Source: Candidatus Kaiserbacteria bacterium GW2011_GWA2_52_12
Lineage (GTDB): Bacteria > Patescibacteriota > Minisyncoccia > Phycocordibacterales > UBA2100
Length of the DNA: 63,676 bases
Direction of reading: 5' to 3'
Assembly: GCA_001004345.1 (NCBI GenBank)
Contig: LCQW01000001.1
Span: forward strand, 1 to 63,676
Below the pieces are notes generated by a model. That model did not search any database, was not told the origin of the DNA, and saw only the letters and a program-made list of their open reading frames with translations. Below are positions 51,259-60,277 of the stretch, in pieces (within the stretch, counting starts at the first letter, position 1; each line of letters starts with the position of its first letter). Made by a program: the position numbers and the translations under genes.

Positions 51259-52260
51259 GTGAGGCGCGTGAAGGTGATCGAGAATGTCGTCGTCGTTGGC
51301 GACGAGAACGTCGTGCGCGATCTCTTTTATCCAAAAATTATTGGAAAGAACAGCATGCCGACCCTGCGTGCGGTCATAGAACCCGGTGGCACGAAATCGG
51401 GGCTTACGGGAGGCCAGCGATTCTGTGCTTTTGAGGAAATGGGCATTTCCGCAAGTCACTTCGATAAGGGGTTGTTCACGTCTGCAGCCTCGTGCAACGG
51501 AATTGCGTATGCGGCGAAGCAGTCGCATATGATCTTGGAGTATTACCAAAAAATCTCCTTGCTCAATCCGCATATTTTGTGGTCTGCGATAACGAGGAGA
51601 GATTATCTTGGTCTCTTGTATTTGATGGATGAATTGCGCAGTACGCTTGATGTCGAGACATTTCGGAAGTGCCCGACGGACATCACGATCGCCGTTGCGG
51701 ATCTCCGCGCCAACGTTCACCTGCATAAGGCCAAGGAAGTCGAAGACATATTTGATCTTATGATGGCATCCTCGGCGCTGTTACCAGACATATACGGTCG
51801 GGAGATCAATGGTATCTACAGTGTCGATGGGGGATACACGATCGACAGCACCGTCATTGCATGGTTGCGCAAAATACTGAGCGAAATACCGAAAGAGCAG
51901 CGCACAAAGCAAAGAATCGACCTCTTGTATATCGCCAATCGTCCGCATCCGCGCGTTCATTTCAGTAAACTCGAAGAGTATATTTTCCATAAACTCATCG
52001 ATTGGACGACCGCAAAAAAATATCCGGAGCTCGCGCGCGGAGCGCGCTCTATTGATGGCAAATTGCGCAAGGTGGCTGATCTCTTCGACAAGCCGCGTCC
52101 ACATTTCCCATTCCTGCGCATGTGTGCGCTTTTCCCGATGCCGGATGAAAACATTTATCCCATCGAAATGCGCAAAAAAATATTGCGTACATGTGGTGAA
52201 CTCACGCGTATGCGCACGGAAAAATTTCTGTGTGCACTCATGCCGAAACACGAAATATGA
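51259..52260 (+). CDS. Divergent patatin-like phospholipase-family protein (tentative)
   Basis: EPGGTKSGLTGG (GGGxRG-like), FTSAASCNGIAYA (degenerate GxSxG region) and DGGYTIDS (DGG dyad motif). The GTG at 51268 is better spaced from the GGGAGG SD. Confidence 0.35.
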   Translation: MRRVKVIENVVVVGDENVVRDLFYPKIIGKNSMPTLRAVIEPGGTKSGLTGGQRFCAFEEMGISASHFDKGLFTSAASCNGIAYAAKQSHMILEYYQKISLLNPHILWSAITRRDYLGLLYLMDELRSTLDVETFRKCPTDITIAVADLRANVHLHKAKEVEDIFDLMMASSALLPDIYGREINGIYSVDGGYTIDSTVIAWLRKILSEIPKEQRTKQRIDLLYIANRPHPRVHFSKLEEYIFHKLIDWTTAKKYPELARGARSIDGKLRKVADLFDKPRPHFPFLRMCALFPMPDENIYPIEMRKKILRTCGELTRMRTEKFLCALMPKHEI

Positions 52261-52270
52261 AGAACGTCTG

Positions 52271-52297
52271 AAAACGGCTCTGTACGGGCCGTTTTTT
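52271..52297 (+). terminator. Rho-independent terminator
   Basis: AAAACGGCTC-tgtac-GGGCCGTTTT followed by a T-rich tail. Confidence 0.6.
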
Positions 52298-52320
52298 CTT
52301 TTCAACAGAGCCGAAATATG

Positions 52321-52326
52321 TATAAT
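52321..52326 (+). promoter_or_regulatory. TATAAT hexamer 7 nt upstream of the ftsH ATG (possible leaderless start)
   Basis: TATAAT 52321-26; ATG 52334; no SD. Confidence 0.3.
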
Positions 52327-52333
52327 ACCTCAA

Positions 52334-54259
52334 ATGGCCACCCGTAACACGGAAAAGGGCCCTCGTAAAAGCGGGGGCGCACCAGCCTCGCAAGGGCCGA
52401 ACATCTGGATACAGCTTTCCACTGCGTTCGCGGTTTTTCTCGTGCTCTCGCTCGGCTACTCGCTGTTGCGCCAGTATATCGTGACACAGAACGAAAGCGT
52501 CCCAATCTCGCAGATCGCCACGGATATTTCGGCGGATAAAATATCTACGATCACCGTCGAGGGCGACACGATCACTGCCACATACATCGATAAGACCGTC
52601 AAAACGTCCCGCAAGGAAACGGAAACGTCGCTCACCCAGACGCTTTCCGATTACAACATTCCGGCGGAAAAATTGGCCAAAGTATCGATAGAAATAAAAG
52701 ATGAAGGCGGTGTGCGATTTTGGTTTCTCACGCTCGCGCCTATCATCGTGCCGGTTCTCCTCCTCTTCGGCGTCATCTGGTATCTCTCGCGGCAGCTACG
52801 TCAGGGCGGCATGCAGGCGTTTACCTTTGGCCGTTCAATGGCGCGGTTGGTGGATCCGGAAGACAAAGTGCAGCGAGTCACCTTTGCCGACGTGGCTGGC
52901 GCAAAGGAAGCGAAAGAGGAACTCACCGAGATAGTTGACTTTCTCAAAAATCCCAAGAAATTCATTTTGATCGGCGCACGCATTCCGAAGGGCGTCCTCC
53001 TCATGGGCGCACCGGGGACGGGGAAGACGCTTCTCGCGCGCGCGGTCGCCGGCGAGGCGGGTGTGCCGTTCTTCTCGATATCAGGTTCCGAATTCGTTGA
53101 AATGTTCGTCGGTGTCGGCGCTTCCCGCGTGCGCGACCTCTTTCAGACCGCAAAAAAGTCTGCGCCCGCGATCGTGTTCCTCGATGAGATCGATGCAGTG
53201 GGACGCGTGCGCGGTTCGGGGGTGGGCGGCGGCAACGACGAACGCGAACAGACCTTGAACCAGATACTCGTCGAGATGGATGGATTCGAACCCAATGAAA
53301 AAGTTATCGTAATGGCGGCGACGAACCGTCCCGACGTGCTCGATCCGGCGCTCATCCGTCCAGGCCGATTCGACCGCCGCGTCGTTATCGATTTACCCGA
53401 CCGAAAGGACCGTGAAGACATTCTTGCCACCCATTCTCGCACCAAGCCGCTTGGTCCCGATGTGAAACTCTCGGTTATTGCGGAACGCACGCCCGGCTTT
53501 TCCGGCGCCGACCTCGCCAACCTTATGAACGAAGGCGCCATCCTCGCGGCGCGGGAAAATCGAAAAGAGGTGACGCAGTACGATCTCGTTCGTTCCATCG
53601 AAAAGGTGATGCTCGGACCCGAACGCCGCTCGCACGTCTTGAATAAAAAAGAAAAAGAAATTACCGCATATCACGAGGCGGGACACGCACTCATTGCATC
53701 CGTGCTCACGTATGCAGACCCGGTGCACAAAATTTCTATCATCAGCCGCGGCCGCGCCGCGGGCTACACGCTGAAGCTGCCGCTTGAAGACCGAAGGATG
53801 CAATCGCGCAAGGAATTTTTGGACGATATCGCGGTATCGCTCGGCGGCTACATCGCGGAAAAATTGGTGTTCAATGACATCACGACCGGCGCATCCAACG
53901 ACCTGCAGGTACTGACCGCACTCGCGCACAACATGGTCGCGCGGTACGGCATGTCGGACAAAATGGGTCCCATCGCGTTCGTGGCCTCGTCGCAGCGAGC
54001 GATGTTTGGCGAAGGGGTCGATGGGGAACAGTCGGAAGCGGTGGCGGCGGCTATCGGCGAAGAAGTGCACAAAATAATCGATGGCGCGTACAAGCAAGCC
54101 GAAGCGGTGATCAAAATGCATCGCAAAGCGCTCGATGCGATAGCCGCGAAGCTCGTCGAGGTGGAAACCATCGAACAGGTTGAGTTTGAAAAGATACTCA
54201 TTGCACACGGGATAACACCGAAGAAAAAGCAGGATATCGAACATCAGCCGTTGGCATGA
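52334..54259 (+). CDS. ftsH: ATP-dependent zinc metalloprotease FtsH
   Basis: [60 protein letters not shown], and the HEAGHAL zinc motif. Confidence 0.95.
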   Translation: MATRNTEKGPRKSGGAPASQGPNIWIQLSTAFAVFLVLSLGYSLLRQYIVTQNESVPISQIATDISADKISTITVEGDTITATYIDKTVKTSRKETETSLTQTLSDYNIPAEKLAKVSIEIKDEGGVRFWFLTLAPIIVPVLLLFGVIWYLSRQLRQGGMQAFTFGRSMARLVDPEDKVQRVTFADVAGAKEAKEELTEIVDFLKNPKKFILIGARIPKGVLLMGAPGTGKTLLARAVAGEAGVPFFSISGSEFVEMFVGVGASRVRDLFQTAKKSAPAIVFLDEIDAVGRVRGSGVGGGNDEREQTLNQILVEMDGFEPNEKVIVMAATNRPDVLDPALIRPGRFDRRVVIDLPDRKDREDILATHSRTKPLGPDVKLSVIAERTPGFSGADLANLMNEGAILAARENRKEVTQYDLVRSIEKVMLGPERRSHVLNKKEKEITAYHEAGHALIASVLTYADPVHKISIISRGRAAGYTLKLPLEDRRMQSRKEFLDDIAVSLGGYIAEKLVFNDITTGASNDLQVLTALAHNMVARYGMSDKMGPIAFVASSQRAMFGEGVDGEQSEAVAAAIGEEVHKIIDGAYKQAEAVIKMHRKALDAIAAKLVEVETIEQVEFEKILIAHGITPKKKQDIEHQPLA

Positions 54260-54262
54260 AGA

Positions 54263-54287
54263 AGCGCCCCGCCGAAGGCGGGGCGCT
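54263..54287. terminator. GC hairpin between convergent ftsH and a small membrane-peptide ORF
   Basis: AGCGCCCCGCCgaaGGCGGGGCGCT (11-bp stem). Confidence 0.55.
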
Positions 54288-54298
54288 ACGAAAGAGCT

Positions 54299-54403
54299 CT
54301 AATTCAAAATCTGTAATACGTTTGGATTTGTGGCGATCAATAGACAAGCGGCGATTACGATACCTATCGCGGCCACGATGAAGTATTTTCCAATCGAATC
54401 CAT
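54299..54403 (-). CDS. 34-aa single-TM peptide
   Basis: MDSIGKYFIVAAIGIVIAACLLIATNPNVLQILN. AGGAGGAAAAAACT lies immediately upstream of the ATG. It is too short for the ORF track. Confidence 0.45.
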   Translation of the reverse strand: MDSIGKYFIVAAIGIVIAACLLIATNPNVLQILN

Positions 54404-54456
54404 AGTTTTTTCCTCCTTTTGCTATACTACCACAGTATGAATCCCGTTAGAAGTTG

Positions 54457-54576
54457 ATGAAAATAAAAGCCGCGAAAGCCATCGCCGCCCTCGTGCCAAA
54501 GCCGACAGCGCAAAAAATCATCCCTGACATGTTCGACAAACGCGTTGCTCCCGCCGTCGCTAAAGTCATCCGTTGA
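54457..54576 (+). pseudogene. Remnant resembling the C-terminal ~39 codons of an NAD(P)-malic enzyme
   Basis: ..AAKAIAALVPKPTAQKIIPDMFDKRVAPAVAKVIR* resembles malic-enzyme C-termini (..IIP.PFD.RV.PAVA.AV..). No upstream body is present. Confidence 0.4.
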
Positions 54577-54685
54577 CTGGATGAGACCCCCTCTATACCT
54601 CTAGCTTGAACGGCCGTCTAAGCTAGGGGTATATGGATGCCCAGGTGACAAATTCTGTTCGATGTGCGAATGTAATACTGTAGTA

Positions 54686-54759
54686 CCGCCCTTAGCTCAA
54701 TTGGTTAGAGCACCGAGCTTATACCTCGGGGGTTCTTGGTTCGAGTCCAAGAGGGCGGA
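54686..54759 (+). tRNA. tRNA-Ile(UAU)
   Basis: Full cloverleaf: acceptor CCGCCCT/AGGGCGG; D-arm GCTC-AATTGGTTA-GAGC; anticodon arm CCGAG-CTTATAC-CTCGG; T-arm CTTGG-TTCGAGT-CCAAG; discriminator A. CCA is not encoded. Confidence 0.85.
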
Positions 54760-54766
54760 CAAGCAT

Positions 54767-54793
54767 AAAAACTGTGCGGGGCACAGTTTTTTT
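54767..54793 (+). terminator. Rho-independent terminator after tRNA-Ile
   Basis: AAAACTGTGCgggGCACAGTTTTTTT. Confidence 0.75.
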
Positions 54794-54946
54794 GACTTGT
54801 CCGAGCCGGAGGGCGACGGCCCGAGGCGGGGTCGCGAGATTTTTCAGCAGAAAAATACTTGTGACGACATGAACTAAGGACACTTGCTGTATTCAAGCGC
54901 TGGGGTATAACGACCACAGAAGAAAAGGACTGAAAGGGAAGTGGCC

Positions 54947-55858
54947 ATGTTGAAGGCGGTGCTTTTGCAGCTTGCCAAAAGCAGGCGTTTTGCGCGCTTT
55001 GTCACAGGAAATTCTTTTGCGCGCCGCTGCGCGCGCCGGTTCATCGCCGGAGACATGCTGCACGAGGCGGTTGCCGTCGTGCGGGAGCTCAATAGTGAGG
55101 GAATTTCCGCGACGATAGATTTTCTCGGAGAACACGTGACATCTGCGGACGGGGCGCAAAGGGTCTCGTACGTGTGCCTCGACCTCGTGGAAGCGATCGC
55201 AAATGAAAAGCTCGATGCGAATGTGTCCGTCAAACTTTCGCAGCTTGGTCTCGATGTTGACCCGAAGCTATGCGAGGGGCTCCTCAAAAATATCGTTACA
55301 CGCGCCGAGCTGCGTAATTCGTTCGTACGGGTTGATATGGAAGGTTCGGCGTATGCGGAACAAACTATCAACATAGTAGAGCGGGTCCGTGAACATTCCC
55401 ATGCGGTGGGCCCTGTCATTCAGGCGTATCTGTATCGCAGTGAATTGAACGTCGTCAAATTGCTGCACTCTCGCTGCCCTATGCGACTATGTAAGGGCGC
55501 ATACAAGGAACCGTCGCGCATCGCCTACCAGCGGAAAAAAGAAGTAGATGCGAATTTCGTGCATCTCATGCAGATATTGCTCAAAAGCGGCATATATCAT
55601 GGCATCGCGACGCACGACAAGAAGATAATCGACCAGTGCATTGAGTTCTCACAGATGTGGTGCATTTCCAAAAAAGAATTTGAATTCCAGATGCTGTATG
55701 GTATCCGGCGCGATCTCCAAAAAGACCTCGTTCGCAGAGGATACAAGGTGCGCGTGTACGTACCGTTCGGCAACCAATGGTTCCCGTACTTCATGCGCCG
55801 CCTTGCGGAGCGGCCGGCCAATCTATGGTTCTTTCTGCGCAGTGCGCTGCGCGCATGA
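54947..55858 (+). CDS. Proline dehydrogenase (monofunctional PutA-like PRODH)
   Basis: VSVKLSQLG, VRVDMEGS, CKGAYKEP, GIATHD, FQMLYGIR, VYVPFG..W.PYFMRRLAERPANLWF typical PRODH blocks. The ORF-track GTG at 54941 is an alternative start. Confidence 0.85.
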   Translation: MLKAVLLQLAKSRRFARFVTGNSFARRCARRFIAGDMLHEAVAVVRELNSEGISATIDFLGEHVTSADGAQRVSYVCLDLVEAIANEKLDANVSVKLSQLGLDVDPKLCEGLLKNIVTRAELRNSFVRVDMEGSAYAEQTINIVERVREHSHAVGPVIQAYLYRSELNVVKLLHSRCPMRLCKGAYKEPSRIAYQRKKEVDANFVHLMQILLKSGIYHGIATHDKKIIDQCIEFSQMWCISKKEFEFQMLYGIRRDLQKDLVRRGYKVRVYVPFGNQWFPYFMRRLAERPANLWFFLRSALRA

Positions 55859-55863
55859 CACTA

Positions 55864-55891
55864 AAACCCGCTTCTTTATCGAAGCGGGTTT
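55864..55891 (+). terminator. Rho-independent terminator after PRODH
   Basis: AAACCCGCTTCtttatcGAAGCGGGTTT. Confidence 0.7.
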
Positions 55892-55964
55892 AACTTTGGT
55901 ATTACAAGTGTGCATTGTCGGTTGTCGGTTTTGCGCGAGTCGGTGCCCGTGCGACAATGCATGC

Positions 55965-57392
55965 ATGCGTGTACTCGGAACGATTGGCGTCGTTGTTTTG
56001 TTCGGGTTTTCTTTTTCGCTTCCTTTTTCGGCGGGAGCAGTCACTGTCGATGAACTGACCGCGCAGGTCAACGCGCTTCTTCAACAGGTGCAATCGTTGC
56101 AATCACAGGTTGGCGGCACAACGTCTACGACCGCAACCGCATCCAATAGCTCGGCGTTTTGTCCGGGTATCGGCAGAAGCTTGAAATCCGGCTCTACCGG
56201 CGACGACGTCACGCGTCTGCAGCAATTTCTTGCGCAAGACTCCGCGATATATCCGGAAGCGAAGGCGACCAGCTACTACGGCGCTCTTACAGAAGCTGCA
56301 GTGAAGCGTTGGCAGACAAAATTTCATATCGTGTCTTCGGGAACGCCGGCAACGACCGGCTATGGCCTCGTCGGTCCGCGCACGGCTGCAGCGATAGCGA
56401 TAGTATGCGGCGGTGGTTCATATAATGGCATCACGAGTGCCGGTACCACAGGCACAGGAATCACGAATTCACCCGTGGGGGGATTTATCAAGGTGACGCC
56501 GATTCAGGGGGCCGCTCCGCTTACAGTGAGTATTGAAGCGACCATAAATACGACACAATCATGCTCTGCCGCCACGTACATTCTCGATTTTGGGGATCAA
56601 TCGACGCCACAGATCCTGCCGGTCTCGGCCGGGATATGTGCTCAACTGGTGAACATGCTGACGCACACCTACATATCCGAAGGAACATTCACCATCACCC
56701 TTTCGGCGGGAGGACACAAAACGACCGCGTCGGTGCAGGTGGGCGGCACGTCGACGCAGACACAATCTGGGGCGGCGAGCGTTTCAATAACCGACAACGC
56801 GTTCACGCCGAAAGTTCTGACCGTGCAGCCGGGAACAAAGGTCACCTGGACGAATGCGGGAACGATGTCGCACAGCGTGACGGCCGACAACGATAGTTTT
56901 TACAGTGCGACGCTGCAGCACGGACAAACATACTCGCAAACATTTACAGTGGCCGGAACGTACCCATACTACTGCGCATTCCACGGAGGGGTTGGTGGCA
57001 TCGGCATGTCAGGTTCCATTGTCGTTACATCGAGTGCAAATACGAACACGAACACCACGAACACTACGACCAATACCGCAACGACATCGGCGAATACGTA
57101 TTACGGTACGACCGTCGCTTCTACTCCCGAGACGGTTTCGTATGGAAAGCTTGCCGTGACGCCCGGCATCAGCGGCAATGCGCTCATGGTGCAAGTGCAA
57201 TTCGATCTGCCCGGATGTCCCTCGTTCGCGCTCGATTGGGGCGATGATTCTTCTCCCGTGACATCGGGTGCGACACAATGCAGTCAAAATATGGTGCTCA
57301 ATCACACCTACGTGGATAGCGGCTCATACACGATCGAATTGGATCGCGGGGCGCGTATCGACCGCGCATCGGTCGTCTTGTGGGGCAACTGA
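55965..57392 (+). CDS. Secreted multidomain protein: coiled N-terminal motif, PG-binding-like domain, PKD-like domain, cupredoxin (plastocyanin-like) domain, second PKD-like domain
   Basis: Signal peptide from ATG 55965; GSTGDDVTRLQQFLA...YYGALTEAAVKRWQ (PG_binding_1-like); TWTNAGTMSHSV...YPYYCAFHGGVGGIGMSG (His/Cys/His/Met type-1 copper-like ligands). Confidence 0.65.
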   Translation: MRVLGTIGVVVLFGFSFSLPFSAGAVTVDELTAQVNALLQQVQSLQSQVGGTTSTTATASNSSAFCPGIGRSLKSGSTGDDVTRLQQFLAQDSAIYPEAKATSYYGALTEAAVKRWQTKFHIVSSGTPATTGYGLVGPRTAAAIAIVCGGGSYNGITSAGTTGTGITNSPVGGFIKVTPIQGAAPLTVSIEATINTTQSCSAATYILDFGDQSTPQILPVSAGICAQLVNMLTHTYISEGTFTITLSAGGHKTTASVQVGGTSTQTQSGAASVSITDNAFTPKVLTVQPGTKVTWTNAGTMSHSVTADNDSFYSATLQHGQTYSQTFTVAGTYPYYCAFHGGVGGIGMSGSIVVTSSANTNTNTTNTTTNTATTSANTYYGTTVASTPETVSYGKLAVTPGISGNALMVQVQFDLPGCPSFALDWGDDSSPVTSGATQCSQNMVLNHTYVDSGSYTIELDRGARIDRASVVLWGN

Positions 57393-57459
57393 TACGCGCT
57401 ACCGCACGTATCCCCACAAAGGTAAGGGGGTGATGCGGTAATCGTCTATACTTACACCT

Positions 57460-57560
57460 ATGAAAAAGCTACTCGTCGGCTTGACGGCTGCCGCTGTTTT
57501 TGCGCCGCTCTTTACCAGCGCTCTTACCGCCAACGATATCCAACAGCAGATCGCAAGTCT
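57460..57560 (+). pseudogene. 5' fragment (34 codons) of a secreted-protein gene truncated by the IS
   Basis: MKKLLVGLTAAAVFAPLFTSALTANDIQQQIASL, then reading enters the IS inverted repeat at 57561. The N-terminus is similar in style to the 55965 protein. Confidence 0.55.
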
Positions 57561-59154
57561 TCCTGACTTGTATTTTTTAGTGCGACAGGCCCAGTTTGTC
57601 CACGATGTCGGTGATCTCGGAAAGCAGCGGCGAGCGTAGCGTCTCCGTCTCGCGCGTGACGCGGTGGACAAAAGAAACATCGGTGACTTTCATGAGCGCA
57701 TCGGTGATCCGTCTGATTGAAAGCCCTGTCTTGATCTCCATGTACTTGGATACCGCAAGCGCCATGAAGCACATGAGCACATGCACCCGGATGGGATCCT
57801 CCTTGAAGTGAAAGATGGGCCGCGTGGCCAGATCACCCTTCTCGACACGGAATGCTTGTTCGATGCGCCACAGGTCGCGGTACCTCTCGACTATCATCAG
57901 GTCGCTCCAGTCGCTCCCGAGGTCCGTGTAGTACCCTTTGATACCAAGGCGAAGCTTCGTCTTCAGAAGCAGTTCCTCGTTGAGCGCGTATGAGGCTCCC
58001 TCCGCCTTCAGAAACTTTGCACGCTTCACCTTCCCGGGCGTCTGCACCAGTGTCTTCGCGCGCGCGAGTTGCTTTTCCATTTCTTGTTTGTCGTGGGCAT
58101 AGCGTTTCGCCGAGAAGTGGCACACCATGGTGCCGAGTTTCGTGACAGTGCGCACTGTCGCGCCATCGCGCTTCCCGAGCTCCTCGCTGATGCTAGCAAG
58201 GTCGAGGGTTCCCATTCTCGCGCCCACGATGTAGCGGAGGTTGTGTTTCTTCAGTTCTTCGATGTTGGCGGCGCTGATCATCGCGGCATCGGCAACGACG
58301 GTCAACGTCCCGATGCCGTGCTTCTTTTGGAGCGCCTGTATGACCGGAATCATCGTGTGACCCTCGAAGGTGTTCCCCGGGAAGATATCGTACGATACGG
58401 GAAACCCTTCCTTCGTCACCACAATCGCAAGCATGATTTGTGGCTGCTGCGACTTGTTGTCCTTGGAAAATCCCGGCTTGCGCAACGTGTCTGATTTGAA
58501 TGTCTCGAAATAGAGCGTGGTGACATCGTAGAAGACGACGGAGAAATCGAAGGCGAACGCATCCTTCGCGACGGCGACTGCACAGCGCTCAGCCGCGTCT
58601 TTCTGCGAAAGGTACTTCTTGAGCGATTGGTAAAAGAGAACGCGGCGATGGGTGATGCCGAAATACTGTTCGATGAGCGCTATAGACCGGAGCTTGGACG
58701 CAGGCTCGATGACGCGCATGATGACGAGGTCATGGAGGAGCGTGTTGCCGAGCGCCGCGAATCCGAAGCGTACGAGGAGCCCGTGGAGACATTCGCGGGC
58801 GAACGGGTGCATTGTGCCGACATAGTCGTACGCATCGAACGGCGAGTGTCGCATATCCCTCGGAAACAATACCGGCTGTCGCGTCTCGCCCGCCATCCAT
58901 TTCTGTGCGCTCTCGATGAGCGTCTTCTTTTCTTCAGGAGAATGAGCGGACCCCACGTGCAATCGAACTTTTACTTTGCGCTTCACGTATTCGACCACCT
59001 GTATGGCTGTCGCACCGGAAGCAGTAGTGACCGATCGAATGTGGAGCATACGGGGGTTAACCCCGTTAGTATGGCAGACACTATGAAAAACGAAAAAATA
59101 CAGCGCTATTGAGCCACTGATTTTTTCAAGATGGGGATTAAATACAAGTCAGGA
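57561..59154 (-). mobile_element. IS element, IS4 superfamily (IS1634-like), 1594 bp with 15-bp terminal inverted repeats
   Basis: TCCTGACTTGTATTT at 57561-75 and its exact reverse complement at 59140-54 enclose a single 490-aa DDE transposase ORF. Confidence 0.8.
57577..59049 (-). CDS. DDE transposase (IS1634/IS4-like)
   Basis: MLHIRSVTTASGATAIQVVEY... N-terminus, TLTVVADAAMIS, and YRDLWRIEQAFRVEKGDL..RPIFH (YREK-type block). Confidence 0.75.
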   Translation of the reverse strand: MLHIRSVTTASGATAIQVVEYVKRKVKVRLHVGSAHSPEEKKTLIESAQKWMAGETRQPVLFPRDMRHSPFDAYDYVGTMHPFARECLHGLLVRFGFAALGNTLLHDLVIMRVIEPASKLRSIALIEQYFGITHRRVLFYQSLKKYLSQKDAAERCAVAVAKDAFAFDFSVVFYDVTTLYFETFKSDTLRKPGFSKDNKSQQPQIMLAIVVTKEGFPVSYDIFPGNTFEGHTMIPVIQALQKKHGIGTLTVVADAAMISAANIEELKKHNLRYIVGARMGTLDLASISEELGKRDGATVRTVTKLGTMVCHFSAKRYAHDKQEMEKQLARAKTLVQTPGKVKRAKFLKAEGASYALNEELLLKTKLRLGIKGYYTDLGSDWSDLMIVERYRDLWRIEQAFRVEKGDLATRPIFHFKEDPIRVHVLMCFMALAVSKYMEIKTGLSIRRITDALMKVTDVSFVHRVTRETETLRSPLLSEITDIVDKLGLSH

Positions 59155-59157
59155 CTC

Positions 59158-59228
59158 GCGGATATGGTTTAGTGGTAGAACGCGTCCTTGCCAAGGACGA
59201 GGTCGGGGTTCGATTCCCCGTATCCGCA
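59158..59228 (+). tRNA. tRNA-Gly(GCC)
   Basis: Acceptor GCGGATA/TATCCGC; anticodon arm CGTCC-TTGCCAA-GGACG; T-arm CGGGG-TTCGATT-CCCCG; discriminator A. Confidence 0.9.
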
Positions 59229-60047
59229 CACAGATGAAACAGGGGGTCTTCTCGGGTGGCACAGGGGCGAAAGTTGCCATACGGCGAACAGGACAAGAAG
59301 CGGTAGAGCAATGGCAACTCCCACGAGGATATACGAGCGCATGTCAATTTTGAACGGTGGCAGTGCAAGTATGGCAGCAGCCACGACGAGTAAATAGATG
59401 GCCAAAAGGACAGTCCACAAACGCGAAGCAGCTCCCGATATGGCGCATGTCGTGTTCAGGATGTTTTGCACCCGTGTCGTTAGTGCTGTTGTGGCTCCGG
59501 TAGCATTCGCGCCCGCGCTTTCTTTACCTTGCGGTGCCGGAACAGCAGACTCTTGCTCTTGTTGCCAATTGTAATTTACAGCTGCGGTACCTATTGTAGA
59601 AACCTCTTTTTCCTCACCCGGCAGCGTGATCGTCACTGACGAGGTGCATACCGGCTCCCCCACGCCCTTTGACGAAAGCATAGTGAGCTTGATGGTCACA
59701 CCGCTTCCAATAGACGTCGACTGTACATCGACGTGCATACGGACGCCACCGGTCGCATCGGCGAACCGTGTGACGAAATGGAGCGGGATATTTGCTCCAT
59801 TGAGCGAACCGGCGATGATCACATAGGAGCTATCAGAGACGATAACATCGAACGAGTTGAGCTCCCCATCGTAAATGTAGGGCATGAATGAAGTCACCTG
59901 CAGTGCATCACAAGATGACGGAACGATCGCGGAATTGGACGCGGGCAACATTTGCGCATTCTGCGCGGAAATTTCCGCCGCCGATGCGTTGGTTGGAAGC
60001 AGTAACGCAGCGAACAATATAAAACCCAATGCGAGAGATCTGATCAT
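59169..60047 (-). CDS. Secreted/membrane hypothetical protein (signal peptide, C-terminal TM helices); its 3' end runs antisense through tRNA-Gly
   Basis: MIRSLALGFILFAALLLPTNASA from ATG 60047. C-terminal hydrophobic helices. The stop at 59169 lies inside the tRNA on the opposite strand. Confidence 0.5.
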   Translation of the reverse strand: MIRSLALGFILFAALLLPTNASAAEISAQNAQMLPASNSAIVPSSCDALQVTSFMPYIYDGELNSFDVIVSDSSYVIIAGSLNGANIPLHFVTRFADATGGVRMHVDVQSTSIGSGVTIKLTMLSSKGVGEPVCTSSVTITLPGEEKEVSTIGTAAVNYNWQQEQESAVPAPQGKESAGANATGATTALTTRVQNILNTTCAISGAASRLWTVLLAIYLLVVAAAILALPPFKIDMRSYILVGVAIALPLLVLFAVWQLSPLCHPRRPPVSSVCGYGESNPDLVLGKDAFYH

Positions 60048-60277
60048 CACACGCAAATCCAAGTCGATGATCGATGCACGGCTCATAGAATAGTGGCAAC
60101 GTAGTACCCTTCAGCCACTTGCGTCAAGCGCAAAAGAATTGTCAAATTGTGTGTTAATTTTTTTCCGGAAAAAGGCAACGTTCCCCAACATAATTTCATG
60201 ACAAAAAAATGATACAAAAGACGATTGCCATAAGTTAAAGCACGACACACGACAACCGCGTAAATAATCGGAACGAA

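Noticed and set aside
53393-54244. 283-aa minus-strand ORF
   Set aside because: It is antisense to ftsH.
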